Positions 37,221-45,550 of a stretch of 63,507 nt of DNA are shown here, in pieces (positions within the stretch are counted from its first letter, which is position 1; each line of letters starts with the position of its first letter). Below the pieces are notes generated by a model. The model was not told where the DNA came from, did not search any database, and was given only the letters and a program-made list of their open reading frames with translations. Source of the stretch: Candidatus Omnitrophota bacterium (GTDB lineage: Bacteria > Omnitrophota > Gorgyraeia > JAHIPI01); NCBI GenBank assembly GCA_043800065.1, contig JAZDNG010000039.1, positions 1 through 63,507 of the forward strand, written 5' to 3'. A program made the translations under genes and the position numbers.

Positions 37221-38438
37221 ATGCCGAAATTTACATACGTAGCAAAAAGAGGCCCTAAAGAAGAAATAAAAGGCTCAATAGAAGCTGAGAATAAGAATGC
37301 AGCCCTTCACCGCCTGACGGCGATGGGATATTTTCCCGTTTCTATAGAGCAGGAAGACATAGACCGGCCCACTTCTTTTGTAGGTACCATACCGGGATTT
37401 AAAAGAGTCAATATTCATGACCTCAGCATCTTTACCCGCCAGCTGGCAGATCTCCTGGAAGCAGGGTTACCGCTTGTGAAATCTTTAACAGTGCTGGAAA
37501 AACAGACGGAGAACAAGTACCTGAAAAGCGTTATTGCCGACCTCAGGAATTTTGTTCAGGACGGAAATACTCTCTCGGCTTCGCTGAAACGCCATCCCAA
37601 GATATTCCCGGAACTTTATGTGAGCATGGTGAGGTCTGGAGAAGTGGGCGGCAGCATGGAAAATGTCTTGATGCGCATAGCCGAGTTCCAGGAATCGCAG
37701 GAGGAGCTTACTTCAAAGGTCAAATCAGCGATGATCTATCCGGCTCTTATGGCCTCTGTGGGGGTCGTTACGATATTAGTATTGATCACTTTTGTCATAC
37801 CACGGATAGTATCCATGTTCAAAGACCTTAACCAGTCGCTTCCCATACCTACGGTGATATTACTTAGCATAAGCAATTTTATAAAGGACTTTTGGTTTAT
37901 ATTACTGGGAGCCATACTTGTTGCATCTTTAGCCTTTAAGCGATTGGCAGTTATCCATGAGGGGAAGATGGCTATGGATAGGTTTAAGCTGGGTGTTCCC
38001 GTGCTGGGGCGGCTTATTCTAAAGACGGAGATCGCCCGTTTTACAAAAACACTTGCGACTCTTTTGTCGAACGGCGTTCCTATTCTTGATGCCCTGGGCG
38101 TAGTAATGAATATTATGGAAAACGAAATCCTTAAGGAAGATATAAAAATTGCGCAGAAAGAGGTCAGAGAGGGCAGCGCATTGGCGGTGGGGCTTGCCAA
38201 AGGGGCCTATTTTCCAGTTTTTGTGAATAATATGATATCCGTAGGCGAAGAAAGCGGCGCGGTAGAAAAGGCACTTTTTAAGGTGGCGAGCGCTTACGAA
38301 AGAGAGGTTGACAGGGCTGTTAAGACGATGACCTCTTTATTAGAGCCGCTCATGATCTTGACGTTGGGGCTCGTAATAGGTTTTATTGTCATAGCGATGC
38401 TTTTGCCGATATTCGAGATTAGTTTTGTAGTGCGATAA
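37221..38438 (+). CDS. gspF: Type II secretion inner-membrane platform protein GspF
   Basis: 405 aa with two T2SSF repeats (FTRQLADLLEAGLPL and FTKTLATLLSNGVPIL) and three TM segments. Confidence 0.9.
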   Translation: MPKFTYVAKRGPKEEIKGSIEAENKNAALHRLTAMGYFPVSIEQEDIDRPTSFVGTIPGFKRVNIHDLSIFTRQLADLLEAGLPLVKSLTVLEKQTENKYLKSVIADLRNFVQDGNTLSASLKRHPKIFPELYVSMVRSGEVGGSMENVLMRIAEFQESQEELTSKVKSAMIYPALMASVGVVTILVLITFVIPRIVSMFKDLNQSLPIPTVILLSISNFIKDFWFILLGAILVASLAFKRLAVIHEGKMAMDRFKLGVPVLGRLILKTEIARFTKTLATLLSNGVPILDALGVVMNIMENEILKEDIKIAQKEVREGSALAVGLAKGAYFPVFVNNMISVGEESGAVEKALFKVASAYEREVDRAVKTMTSLLEPLMILTLGLVIGFIVIAMLLPIFEISFVVR

Positions 38439-38439
38439 G

Positions 38440-38500
38440 TGAGGCCATAACTTATGTCGCAAAAAGTAGATAAAGAGCTCCATAAGTTATGTGCTCATTT
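38440..38500 (+). repeat. ATAACTTATG-family element, copy B, in the gspG 5' leader
   Basis: GGCCATAACTTATGTCGC-N-GCTCCATAAGTTATGTGCTCATT. The ORF-track start at 38454 lies inside the element and is rejected. Confidence 0.7.
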
Positions 38501-38516
38501 AATAAAGGGGGGGACG

Positions 38517-38939
38517 ATGCTTAATAAAAAAGGTTTTACCTTAATCGAGCTCATGCTCGTAGTCATAATACTCGGCATTTTAGTTGCGATGGTTGTACCC
38601 CGCCTGGTAGGAAGAGGCGAGCAGGCCAGAAAATCAGCCGCCGAAGCGGATATCAGGTCTAATATAGCGCTTGCCCTGGATCTCTACGAACTGGATAACG
38701 GCTCCTATCCGGAGAAGCTGGAGGACCTGCTGAAAGATCCGGGAGAAAGCAAATCACCCAATTGGAACGGCCCGTATCTTAAGCGTAAACCCATAGATCC
38801 GTGGGGCCGCGAATATAATTATAAATGCCCCGGCCAATATTCAAAAGATTACGACTTATATTCATACGGATCCGACGGCGTTGAAGGCGGAGGCGACGAT
38901 GTTAAGAACTGGGAAGACGAGACGCAGGGCGCCGAGTAG
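38517..38939 (+). CDS. gspG: Major pseudopilin GspG
   Basis: Start trimmed to MLNKKG|FTLIELMLVV (prepilin G/F cleavage, E+5). Contains ADIRSNIALALDLYELDNGSYP and a C-terminal YSYGSDGVEGGGDD calcium-site-like motif. Confidence 0.9.
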   Translation: MLNKKGFTLIELMLVVIILGILVAMVVPRLVGRGEQARKSAAEADIRSNIALALDLYELDNGSYPEKLEDLLKDPGESKSPNWNGPYLKRKPIDPWGREYNYKCPGQYSKDYDLYSYGSDGVEGGGDDVKNWEDETQGAE

Positions 38940-38950
38940 GGCTTTAGTAA

Positions 38951-39098
38951 AAGGGGACGTTTCACTTTAACATAACATCTTCATAGGCAATGAGTTACAA
39001 TCTGGTGATTTCCAGTTATATTCGACGGTAAAAGCGAAAAATGCCTGTTTGTAACATATTGAAAAATAAAGGGTTGCAATAAAGTGAAACGTCCCCTT
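38951..39098. repeat. MITE-like element with perfect 19-bp terminal inverted repeats (GGGGACGTTTC family, copy 2)
   Basis: AAGGGGACGTTTCACTTTA (38951-38969) is the exact reverse complement of 39080-39098. The right half aligns with the copy at 9707-9863. It ends 3 nt before the next ATG. Confidence 0.7.
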
Positions 39099-39101
39099 GT
39101 A

Positions 39102-39575
39102 ATGAATAAGCGAGGGTTCACGCTTATCGAATTACTCATAGTCGCTTCTCTCATATTGGTTCTCGTGGTAGTGTCCACGCCACTTTTCAGGACTGCTTAC
39201 AGCAACCTGGAACTCAAAGATTCTGCTTATAATATCGGAAAGATGATGAGGTATGCCGAGGTGAGTGCAGTGATGGAAGAAAGAGCGTACAAGATGGTGC
39301 TCAACTTTGAAAATAGGGCATATTGGCTGCTTCGGGAAAACCAAAAAGACTCTAAAGGAGACTTTGAAAAAGTAGAAGGCAGATTCGGCGAAAAGTTTTT
39401 TTTACCGAAAAATCTATCGCTTTCCGGAGATAAGAGCGAATTAATTTTTTTACCCAACGGCCGGTCTACTAAAGCGACCGTATCGGTTATTGATAAAACG
39501 AAAAAGAAGGGCTTTGATATAAAAACTACAGGCCGGTCCGGCCAGATCGAGATATCGGATGTCAGCGAAAAATGA
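39102..39575 (+). CDS. Minor pseudopilin, GspH/FimT-like
   Basis: Start trimmed to MNKRG|FTLIELLIV. About 157 aa. Position after gspG. Confidence 0.65.
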   Translation: MNKRGFTLIELLIVASLILVLVVVSTPLFRTAYSNLELKDSAYNIGKMMRYAEVSAVMEERAYKMVLNFENRAYWLLRENQKDSKGDFEKVEGRFGEKFFLPKNLSLSGDKSELIFLPNGRSTKATVSVIDKTKKKGFDIKTTGRSGQIEISDVSEK

Positions 39576-40008
39576 AAAAACTTATAGCGGGTTTACCCCG
39601 TTAGAGATAAACCCTTATGGGACCGGTGGACGGTTGCCTAAAGGCAACCTATCTCTAACGGGGTTCATGCTTCTTGAGGTGATGCTGAGCGTTTTTGTCG
39701 TAACCGTCGGCGTAGTATTTGTAATAGGCTCTTTTACGACTTCCATAAAGGCGTCCAAGATGTCAAAAATATATGTTAACGCGCTTTATTTATTGGAAGA
39801 AAGCCTGTGGGAATACGAAGAAAAGGGAAAGATAGAGGACGGCCGCTATTCCGGTAAATTTGACGATTACAAAGGAGCCGAATGGGAGATAGAGGCAAAG
39901 GAATTAGAGGATATCCCCCTTCTGGAGACGGAAGCCGGAGTGGCCATAACAAAAGACGACCAAAAAAGATATTTTAAAATATCGACTTATTTTTTTAAGG
40001 AAGAGTAG
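39559..40008 (+). CDS. Minor pseudopilin, GspI-like, with abnormally long leader
   Basis: A prepilin motif TG|FMLLEVMLSVFVV is preceded by a 35-aa leader. That leader contains a second G|FxxxE match (SG|FTPLE). Confidence 0.6.
   Translation: MSAKNEKTYSGFTPLEINPYGTGGRLPKGNLSLTGFMLLEVMLSVFVVTVGVVFVIGSFTTSIKASKMSKIYVNALYLLEESLWEYEEKGKIEDGRYSGKFDDYKGAEWEIEAKELEDIPLLETEAGVAITKDDQKRYFKISTYFFKEE
39596..39663. repeat. CCCCGTTAGAGA-family palindromic element inserted in-frame in the pseudopilin leader
   Basis: CCCCGTTAGAGATA (39596-39609) pairs with TATCTCTAACGGGG (39650-39663). It encloses the GGTTGCC-TAAA-GGCAACC hairpin and is flanked by GGGTTT / GGGTTC. Confidence 0.7.
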
Positions 40009-40012
40009 AGTA

Positions 40013-40038
40013 GTAGGCACCACTTAAGTGGTGCCTAC
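40013..40038. repeat. GTAG...CTAC 26-nt perfect palindrome (REP-like, copy d)
   Basis: GTAGGCACCACTTAAGTGGTGCCTAC, 5 nt after the pseudopilin stop. Confidence 0.75.
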
Positions 40039-40067
40039 AATGAGAATTGTTTTCCGATGGATTAAGG

Positions 40068-40700
40068 ATGAATAAAAAAGGTTTTACTCTCATAGAGCTT
40101 CTTATCGCCCTCAGCATATTTGCCGTAGTCGCCATTACCCTTTACTCTACATTTTTTGCGGGCATATCCGTGTGGAAACGCTCCGGAGATACAAGCAGCG
40201 CTTATCAGGACATAAGGGTGGTCTTTGATGATATAGCGCGAGATCTTAAGGACATGATTTATTTCACAAAAGACGGTGAATCGGCTTATGCCTTTATTGG
40301 CGCGTCGGATAAAGTTATCTTTATGGCGCTTGAAGAATACGCCAGTGCCCAGATGAAGCCGGCTAAGGAAGTGGCAAGGATTTCATATTATTTCGATGCG
40401 GAAAAAAACGAGTTTGTAAAAAAGCGCGCCGGAATCTTGCTTGGTTTCGATATCGAAAAAGCGGAAGAAGATGTACTCCTCGAAGGAGTTGAAGATTTTC
40501 AGTTTGAATATTGTTATTATTCGGGCGATGAAGAGGAGCCTTACCTGTGGCAGGATGAGTGGAAAGATGACGAAGCGCGTGTACCCCGAGGCATAAGGAT
40601 AACCGCAGTTATGAATACCATAAAGTCCGGGGCCGATGCATCCAAGATCACGAGAGTGATATTTATACCGACCGGCGTGTTGGGCAAAGAAGAGCTATGA
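40068..40700 (+). CDS. Minor pseudopilin, GspJ-like
   Basis: Start trimmed to MNKKG|FTLIELLIALSIF. About 210 aa. Position before gspK. Confidence 0.65.
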   Translation: MNKKGFTLIELLIALSIFAVVAITLYSTFFAGISVWKRSGDTSSAYQDIRVVFDDIARDLKDMIYFTKDGESAYAFIGASDKVIFMALEEYASAQMKPAKEVARISYYFDAEKNEFVKKRAGILLGFDIEKAEEDVLLEGVEDFQFEYCYYSGDEEEPYLWQDEWKDDEARVPRGIRITAVMNTIKSGADASKITRVIFIPTGVLGKEEL

Positions 40701-41713
40701 GGCATTCAGACAAAGGCGCAATATTAATAACGACACTGTGGATACTTACTCTCCTTACGCTTTTGGCAATGGGAATCGGTATACGCGTGGGCGTAGACAT
40801 AAAGATAATAAGTTTCTTCGTAAATAGCCACAAGGCGCACTATATAGCCGAGGCGGGGATCAGAAATACTGTTTTTTTAATCGAAAAAGATGCCACCAAA
40901 ACCGCCGATTCACTGAACGAAATATGGAGCTCTGGCTACGACAGCGTTAAAGAAGAGTTTGTGCTGAAAGATGTTAAGGTCGGCGAAGGCATATTCACGG
41001 TAGGATATGAAATTGAAAAGGATGAAACGGGCAATCCCGTATATTTGTATGGCGCTATTGACGAGGGCGGCAAGATAAACATCAATGAAGCAGGCGGCGA
41101 CATACTTGCAAATCTGCCGGGTTTTTCTACCGATATAGCAGCAGCTGTGGCAGACTGGCGCGACGAAGATGACCTGTCAAATCCATCCGGCGCCGAAGGC
41201 GATTATTATGAAGGGTTGGATGCCCCTTACGAGTGTAAGGATGGCAGGTTTAGCGTTCCGGAAGAATTGATGCTGGTAAAAGGTGTTACAAGAGAAATCT
41301 ATGATGGCGTCGAAGGCCTTGTGACGCCTTACGGCGGAGATAAAGCGGTAAATATAAATACGGCGCCAAAAGAAGTGCTGGCGGTTTTAATAGGGCCCGA
41401 GTTCGAAGACCTGCCGGGGAAGATAGTCAATTACAGAAGAGGCGCCGACGGGATCATCGGCACGCAGGACGACAATATATTTACGGACATAAATACGATC
41501 GGCGCTAAGCTTACGTCGGCACTAGCAATCAATCGGGTAGAGTTTAACCGCATAGAGGAATTAAAAAACGCGGGGTACTTTAAAGTAATGTCCGCATGTT
41601 TCAGGATACGCTCGCGCGGTGAGGTTAAAAACGGCAGGGTAAAAAAGACAATAGAAGCGGTTATAAGAAGGACCGACAAGGGCTCGGAATTTTTGTATTA
41701 TTACGAGATTTAA
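40697..41713 (+). CDS. gspK: Minor pseudopilin GspK
   Basis: KGAILITTLWILTLLTLLA N-terminus without E+5. Contains DEGGKININ and ADWRDEDD. About 338 aa. ATGA overlap with the preceding gene. Confidence 0.75.
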   Translation: MRHSDKGAILITTLWILTLLTLLAMGIGIRVGVDIKIISFFVNSHKAHYIAEAGIRNTVFLIEKDATKTADSLNEIWSSGYDSVKEEFVLKDVKVGEGIFTVGYEIEKDETGNPVYLYGAIDEGGKININEAGGDILANLPGFSTDIAAAVADWRDEDDLSNPSGAEGDYYEGLDAPYECKDGRFSVPEELMLVKGVTREIYDGVEGLVTPYGGDKAVNINTAPKEVLAVLIGPEFEDLPGKIVNYRRGADGIIGTQDDNIFTDINTIGAKLTSALAINRVEFNRIEELKNAGYFKVMSACFRIRSRGEVKNGRVKKTIEAVIRRTDKGSEFLYYYEI

Positions 41714-41741
41714 CAGTGGTATAATGGAGCCGTTATAAATT

Positions 41742-43163
41742 ATGTTTTATAAATCCGAAAGACTGATAACCGGAATAGATATAACCGACGGCATTCTTAA
41801 GATACTCGCCATTTCCAAGAGTAAAAAGAATGGCGGCATCAGTGTCTTGGACTGCGTAAAATTGCCGTCCGAAGAAGATAAGGCGATAGCAAAAGAGATG
41901 CGTTCGCTTTTATTAAAAAATAAGATCTTGCATTCGCATTTTATAGCCGATTTTCCGCGGCATCTCGTCACCATAAAAAAGGTCAGGCTTCCCGCCACCC
42001 AGAATTCCGAAATAAAGAATATGGCCGAACTCCAGGCTATAAAGTATCTTCCTTATTCCCGGGAAGAGATAGTAGTAAGCTATAAGCTCATAAGTACGAC
42101 GCCGGAAGGTTATTCGGACATATTGCTGGTCCTTGCGCAAAGAAAACTTGTCGATAAATATGTCAACATATTCAAGATGGCGGGAGTAGGTGTTGACAAA
42201 ATAGGACTCAGTTCCGAAGGCATACACAATTGGTATCTCGGGCGGGATCCGGCCGGCGACGGCTCAGTCGCGATAATAGATGCGGATAGATACCACACGC
42301 ACATACAGATAGCCAAAGAGAGGGCCCTTTTGTTTAGCCGGTCCATATCTTTTGACGCCGGCGCCGTGAAACCCGAGAAAAGCGCGCTTTTAAAAGAGAT
42401 AAGGATGTCATTCGAGACGTATTTTAAGGAAAGGAACGAAGGGGTATCAAAGATCATCGTCTCCGGAGGAGAAGATTATGCTAAGGGCATATTTGACCTT
42501 CTGTGCAGTAATATCGCCACCCCCTGCGAGATCATTTTGCAAGAAGATTATGTAAAAGGGGAAAGATTCGGCGAGCAAGTCTTAATGCGGCTTAAGGAGT
42601 ATTCTTATACCTCTTTGCTTGGGCTGGCGTCACACCCTGAATTTGCCGAGATAAATCTTATGCCCGAAGAGATCGCCGCAAAGAAAAAAGAAGAGACGGC
42701 AAAAAGAGAATTGGCCAAAAGCGTCATATTGATCCTATGTATTCTTGTGGCGTTTTTCGCAATTCTGGAAAAGAAGATGCTTGAAAAGAGATTTTACCTT
42801 CAAAAATTGGACGAAAAACTGAAAGCTATCGGCCCGGAGGTAGAGCGATTATTGCGCTTTAAAGAAGGCACCGAGATCATAGACAATCAGCTTATGTTTA
42901 AAGGATCCTCCATAGATGTTATGCGCGAGATTTACAGCATACTCCCCAATGACTTATCTCTTACTTTGCTGGAATTTGATGACAGAGACAGGATCTTGCT
43001 TCGCGGAACCGCAAAAGAACTAAGCAGTGTATTCAACTTTCTGCCGGTGTTGGAAAAATCGCCTTATTTTGAAAATGCGAAAATAAATTATGCCACTAAA
43101 AGGATTTTTAGGAAAGCGGAATTTGCGGATTTTGAAATAGTATGCCAGATGACAAAGTTCTAA
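41742..43163 (+). CDS. PilM-like actin-fold domain fused to a PilN-like TM/periplasmic domain (GspL functional analog)
   Basis: N-terminal ITGIDITDGILKILAI ATPase-fold start. A single TM (SVILILCILVAFFAIL) near residue 330, followed by a coiled and ferredoxin-like C-terminal part. Confidence 0.6.
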   Translation: MFYKSERLITGIDITDGILKILAISKSKKNGGISVLDCVKLPSEEDKAIAKEMRSLLLKNKILHSHFIADFPRHLVTIKKVRLPATQNSEIKNMAELQAIKYLPYSREEIVVSYKLISTTPEGYSDILLVLAQRKLVDKYVNIFKMAGVGVDKIGLSSEGIHNWYLGRDPAGDGSVAIIDADRYHTHIQIAKERALLFSRSISFDAGAVKPEKSALLKEIRMSFETYFKERNEGVSKIIVSGGEDYAKGIFDLLCSNIATPCEIILQEDYVKGERFGEQVLMRLKEYSYTSLLGLASHPEFAEINLMPEEIAAKKKEETAKRELAKSVILILCILVAFFAILEKKMLEKRFYLQKLDEKLKAIGPEVERLLRFKEGTEIIDNQLMFKGSSIDVMREIYSILPNDLSLTLLEFDDRDRILLRGTAKELSSVFNFLPVLEKSPYFENAKINYATKRIFRKAEFADFEIVCQMTKF

Positions 43164-43175
43164 AGGAGACGACGA

Positions 43176-43709
43176 ATGTTTCGTAATATCACAAAAAGAG
43201 AGAGATTCCTAGCTCTCGCTACCATATCAGCAGCCCTAGCAGCCCTCGTATACAATTTTGTTATCGAACCGATTGCCGGCCAGTGGAGCGAATTAGACCG
43301 GAAAATAAGGGACAAAGAAGTCGTCTTGAGAAAATACTCCAGGATCTTGCGCGATAAAGATAATATAGAAAAGCAGAGAACCGAATATGCAAAGTATTTT
43401 AAGTCTCAAAAACTGACTCCCGAGGAAGAGAGCGCTGTTGCATTAAGCCGGATAGAGCGCTCGGCGCACGCTGCCAAAGTTCGGATAACGAATATAAAAC
43501 CGCTATCGTATAAATCATTTGAATATTACAATGAATCTACGTTTAGAGTGGCAACGGAATCCACGCTCGCCGAACTTACCAAATTTATTTACGACCTTCA
43601 ATCATCCGACCAATTGCTCAAAGTTGAGAGGATGGTATTGAGGGCAAAGGAGAACGAGCCCGCCGTAGTTAAATCAATCCTTAATATTACCAGAATATCC
43701 GTTTTTTGA
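43176..43709 (+). CDS. GspM/PilO-like bitopic assembly protein
   Basis: 177 aa, N-terminal TM (FLALATISAALAALVYNFVI), coiled segment, small C-terminal domain. The call rests mainly on position and topology. Confidence 0.45.
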   Translation: MFRNITKRERFLALATISAALAALVYNFVIEPIAGQWSELDRKIRDKEVVLRKYSRILRDKDNIEKQRTEYAKYFKSQKLTPEEESAVALSRIERSAHAAKVRITNIKPLSYKSFEYYNESTFRVATESTLAELTKFIYDLQSSDQLLKVERMVLRAKENEPAVVKSILNITRISVF

Positions 43710-43827
43710 CCTTCCACGCGTTTATTCGATAAAATCCTGCAATATATTGACAAATAAGCGGGGTATAGTGTATACTCTCTACTAGGAGAGTTGGCAGATA
43801 GCCAATCACTCTCTATATGGAGAGCAC

Positions 43828-44064
43828 TTGAATAACATATATCTATTGAAAGATGTTTCAAAAATTTCAGGCCATTCGGTCTATACCCTGAAGTACTATC
43901 TCAAACTCGGCATAATTAAAGAAATAGGCCGCTCTCCAGACACCAACTTCAGATTTTTTGACGATTCTACCGTAGATGCCCTTTCCAAGATCAGGGAAAT
44001 GAGGCTCAAAAAAATAAGCCTTAAAGAAATAAAGAATCTATTGACGTGGGAAGGTAAGGTATGA
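43828..44064 (+). CDS. Short MerR-family HTH protein (TTG start)
   Basis: YLLKDVSKISGHSVYTLKYYLKLGII...RFFDDSTVDALSKIREMR matches the MerR N-terminal HTH. GGAGAG lies 4 nt upstream of the TTG. There is a 4-nt overlap with the next gene. Confidence 0.6.
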   Translation: MNNIYLLKDVSKISGHSVYTLKYYLKLGIIKEIGRSPDTNFRFFDDSTVDALSKIREMRLKKISLKEIKNLLTWEGKV

Positions 44065-44876
44065 GCTATTACGAAGTGCTCAATATACATAAGGAGCCCT
44101 TTTCCACAAGCCCGGATCCGTACTTTTTTTACCGTTCCTCTGCCCACGAGACGGCTATGAGCCGGCTTGAGATAGCGGTGCGCTTGAGACGCGGCCTTAG
44201 CCTGATAATAGGCGATGTCGGCACCGGTAAGACGACACTTGGCAGGACGCTGCTTCAGAATTTTAATCAAGAAGACACCTTTGTATTCCATATGATACTG
44301 GATCCCACATACAAGTCGGAGTTCCAATTTCTTTCAAGCCTGGCCAAGATGTTCGGCGTGCCGCCCCACCTTAAGTCGACATTGGATTACAGGGACGCTA
44401 TAGAAAAATATCTTTTCCAGAAAGGAGTCGATGAAAATAAGACGATAATACTTTTAATAGACGAAGGGCAAAAGCTTACCCCGACATTTCTTGAGATATT
44501 GAGGACACTGCTTAATTACGAGACGAATGAATATAAGCTGCTTCAATTGATCATATTGGCGCAGATGGAGATCATGCCGAAGGTCAAAAAGATAAAGAAT
44601 TTTTTTGATAGGATCACCCTGAAATATATAATAAACCCCCTCGACGAAGAAGAGACAAAAGATATGATAGAATTCCGCTTAAGGCAGGCCGGATATAACG
44701 GCCCGGAAGGTTTTTTTTCAGACGGGGCAGTGAACCTTATACATGAACATACCATGGGCTATCCCAGAAAGATAGCGGTACTATGCCATAATGCGCTGGA
44801 GGTCGCCGTGATGAAGGACAAAAGGATTATAGACGAACCGATAATATTGGATATCATACGAAATGAGGTAATATAG
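44061..44876 (+). CDS. ExeA/GspA-like AAA+ ATPase (no TM or peptidoglycan-binding extension)
   Basis: FSTSPDPYFFYRSSAHETA, Walker A GDVGTGKTT, Walker B ILLIDEGQ, then LLNYETN...LQLILAQ, as in the ExeA family. Confidence 0.75.
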   Translation: MSYYEVLNIHKEPFSTSPDPYFFYRSSAHETAMSRLEIAVRLRRGLSLIIGDVGTGKTTLGRTLLQNFNQEDTFVFHMILDPTYKSEFQFLSSLAKMFGVPPHLKSTLDYRDAIEKYLFQKGVDENKTIILLIDEGQKLTPTFLEILRTLLNYETNEYKLLQLIILAQMEIMPKVKKIKNFFDRITLKYIINPLDEEETKDMIEFRLRQAGYNGPEGFFSDGAVNLIHEHTMGYPRKIAVLCHNALEVAVMKDKRIIDEPIILDIIRNEVI

Positions 44877-44877
44877 A

Positions 44878-45534
44878 ATGAAGAAAGATTTTTCACCCGA
44901 AGAGAAGCTTTTACGATTAATAAAGGGCTCCGCCCGCAAAGATGCCGAAAGAGAAAAGATTGATATAAAATCCGCAATGGCGTATAATGGCGCTGCCCCA
45001 TCTTCCTCCTATAAAGGAAACGGCCGGCCGGCGCAAAAATCGGCTTCCATGGCTTTGGCGTTTGATATTAGGGCCATCAGCACAAAAAACGTCAATCCTG
45101 TCCTTGTGGTTATTTTAATCGGTCTATTGATATATTTTTTGGCGGATATGATACATAATCCTTATCGCGGAAAAGAAGATGCGGTTGAATCTGCCGTGGC
45201 GCGGGAAACGCTCGGGGTTAAAGAAAAAGCCGATTCTTCCCAACTGTATTCTTATTACGCCGCCGGCACGGGCGGCAGAAATATATTCTTGCCGCAGGAG
45301 AGCGACACACCGGCGGTGCCAGAAGGCCCGTCAGTTGAAGAGATAGGCGCCAATTTATCTCTCATAGGTATAATAGCCGGGGATAAGCCTCAGGCGATTA
45401 TCGAAGATAAGAAGGCCGGGAAGTCATATTTTCTATATAAAGGGGGTTCAGCCGGCCAGGCAAAGATAGTGGAAATAATGGAAGACAGGGTATTAATGGA
45501 ATATAGAAACGAGACATTTGAACTCGTGCTTTAA
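44878..45534 (+). CDS. GspB/GspC-like bitopic protein (ExeB-like partner of ExeA)
   Basis: N-terminal FSPEEKLLRLIKG, a single TM (VLVVILIGLLIYFLADMI), and a C-terminal beta-rich module LSLIGIIAGDKPQAIIEDKKAGKSYFLYKGG...IVEIMEDRVLMEYRNETFELVL. Confidence 0.5.
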   Translation: MKKDFSPEEKLLRLIKGSARKDAEREKIDIKSAMAYNGAAPSSSYKGNGRPAQKSASMALAFDIRAISTKNVNPVLVVILIGLLIYFLADMIHNPYRGKEDAVESAVARETLGVKEKADSSQLYSYYAAGTGGRNIFLPQESDTPAVPEGPSVEEIGANLSLIGIIAGDKPQAIIEDKKAGKSYFLYKGGSAGQAKIVEIMEDRVLMEYRNETFELVL

Positions 45535-45550
45535 TCGGGGGGATATAATA

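Noticed and set aside
38454-38516. ORF-track N-terminal extensions (gspG from 38454). Same issue at 39084, 40047, 35453, 45518, 51074, 52453, 59137, 61991, 62723, 26153, 25199, 28994, 7436 and 13388-13486.
   Set aside because: The extensions run through repeat elements or lack family-typical N-termini. Internal ATGs preceded by GGAGG/AAGGAG-like sites give canonical protein starts (prepilin leaders, MFSGIVEE, MGNVVKV and so on). Coordinates were trimmed accordingly.
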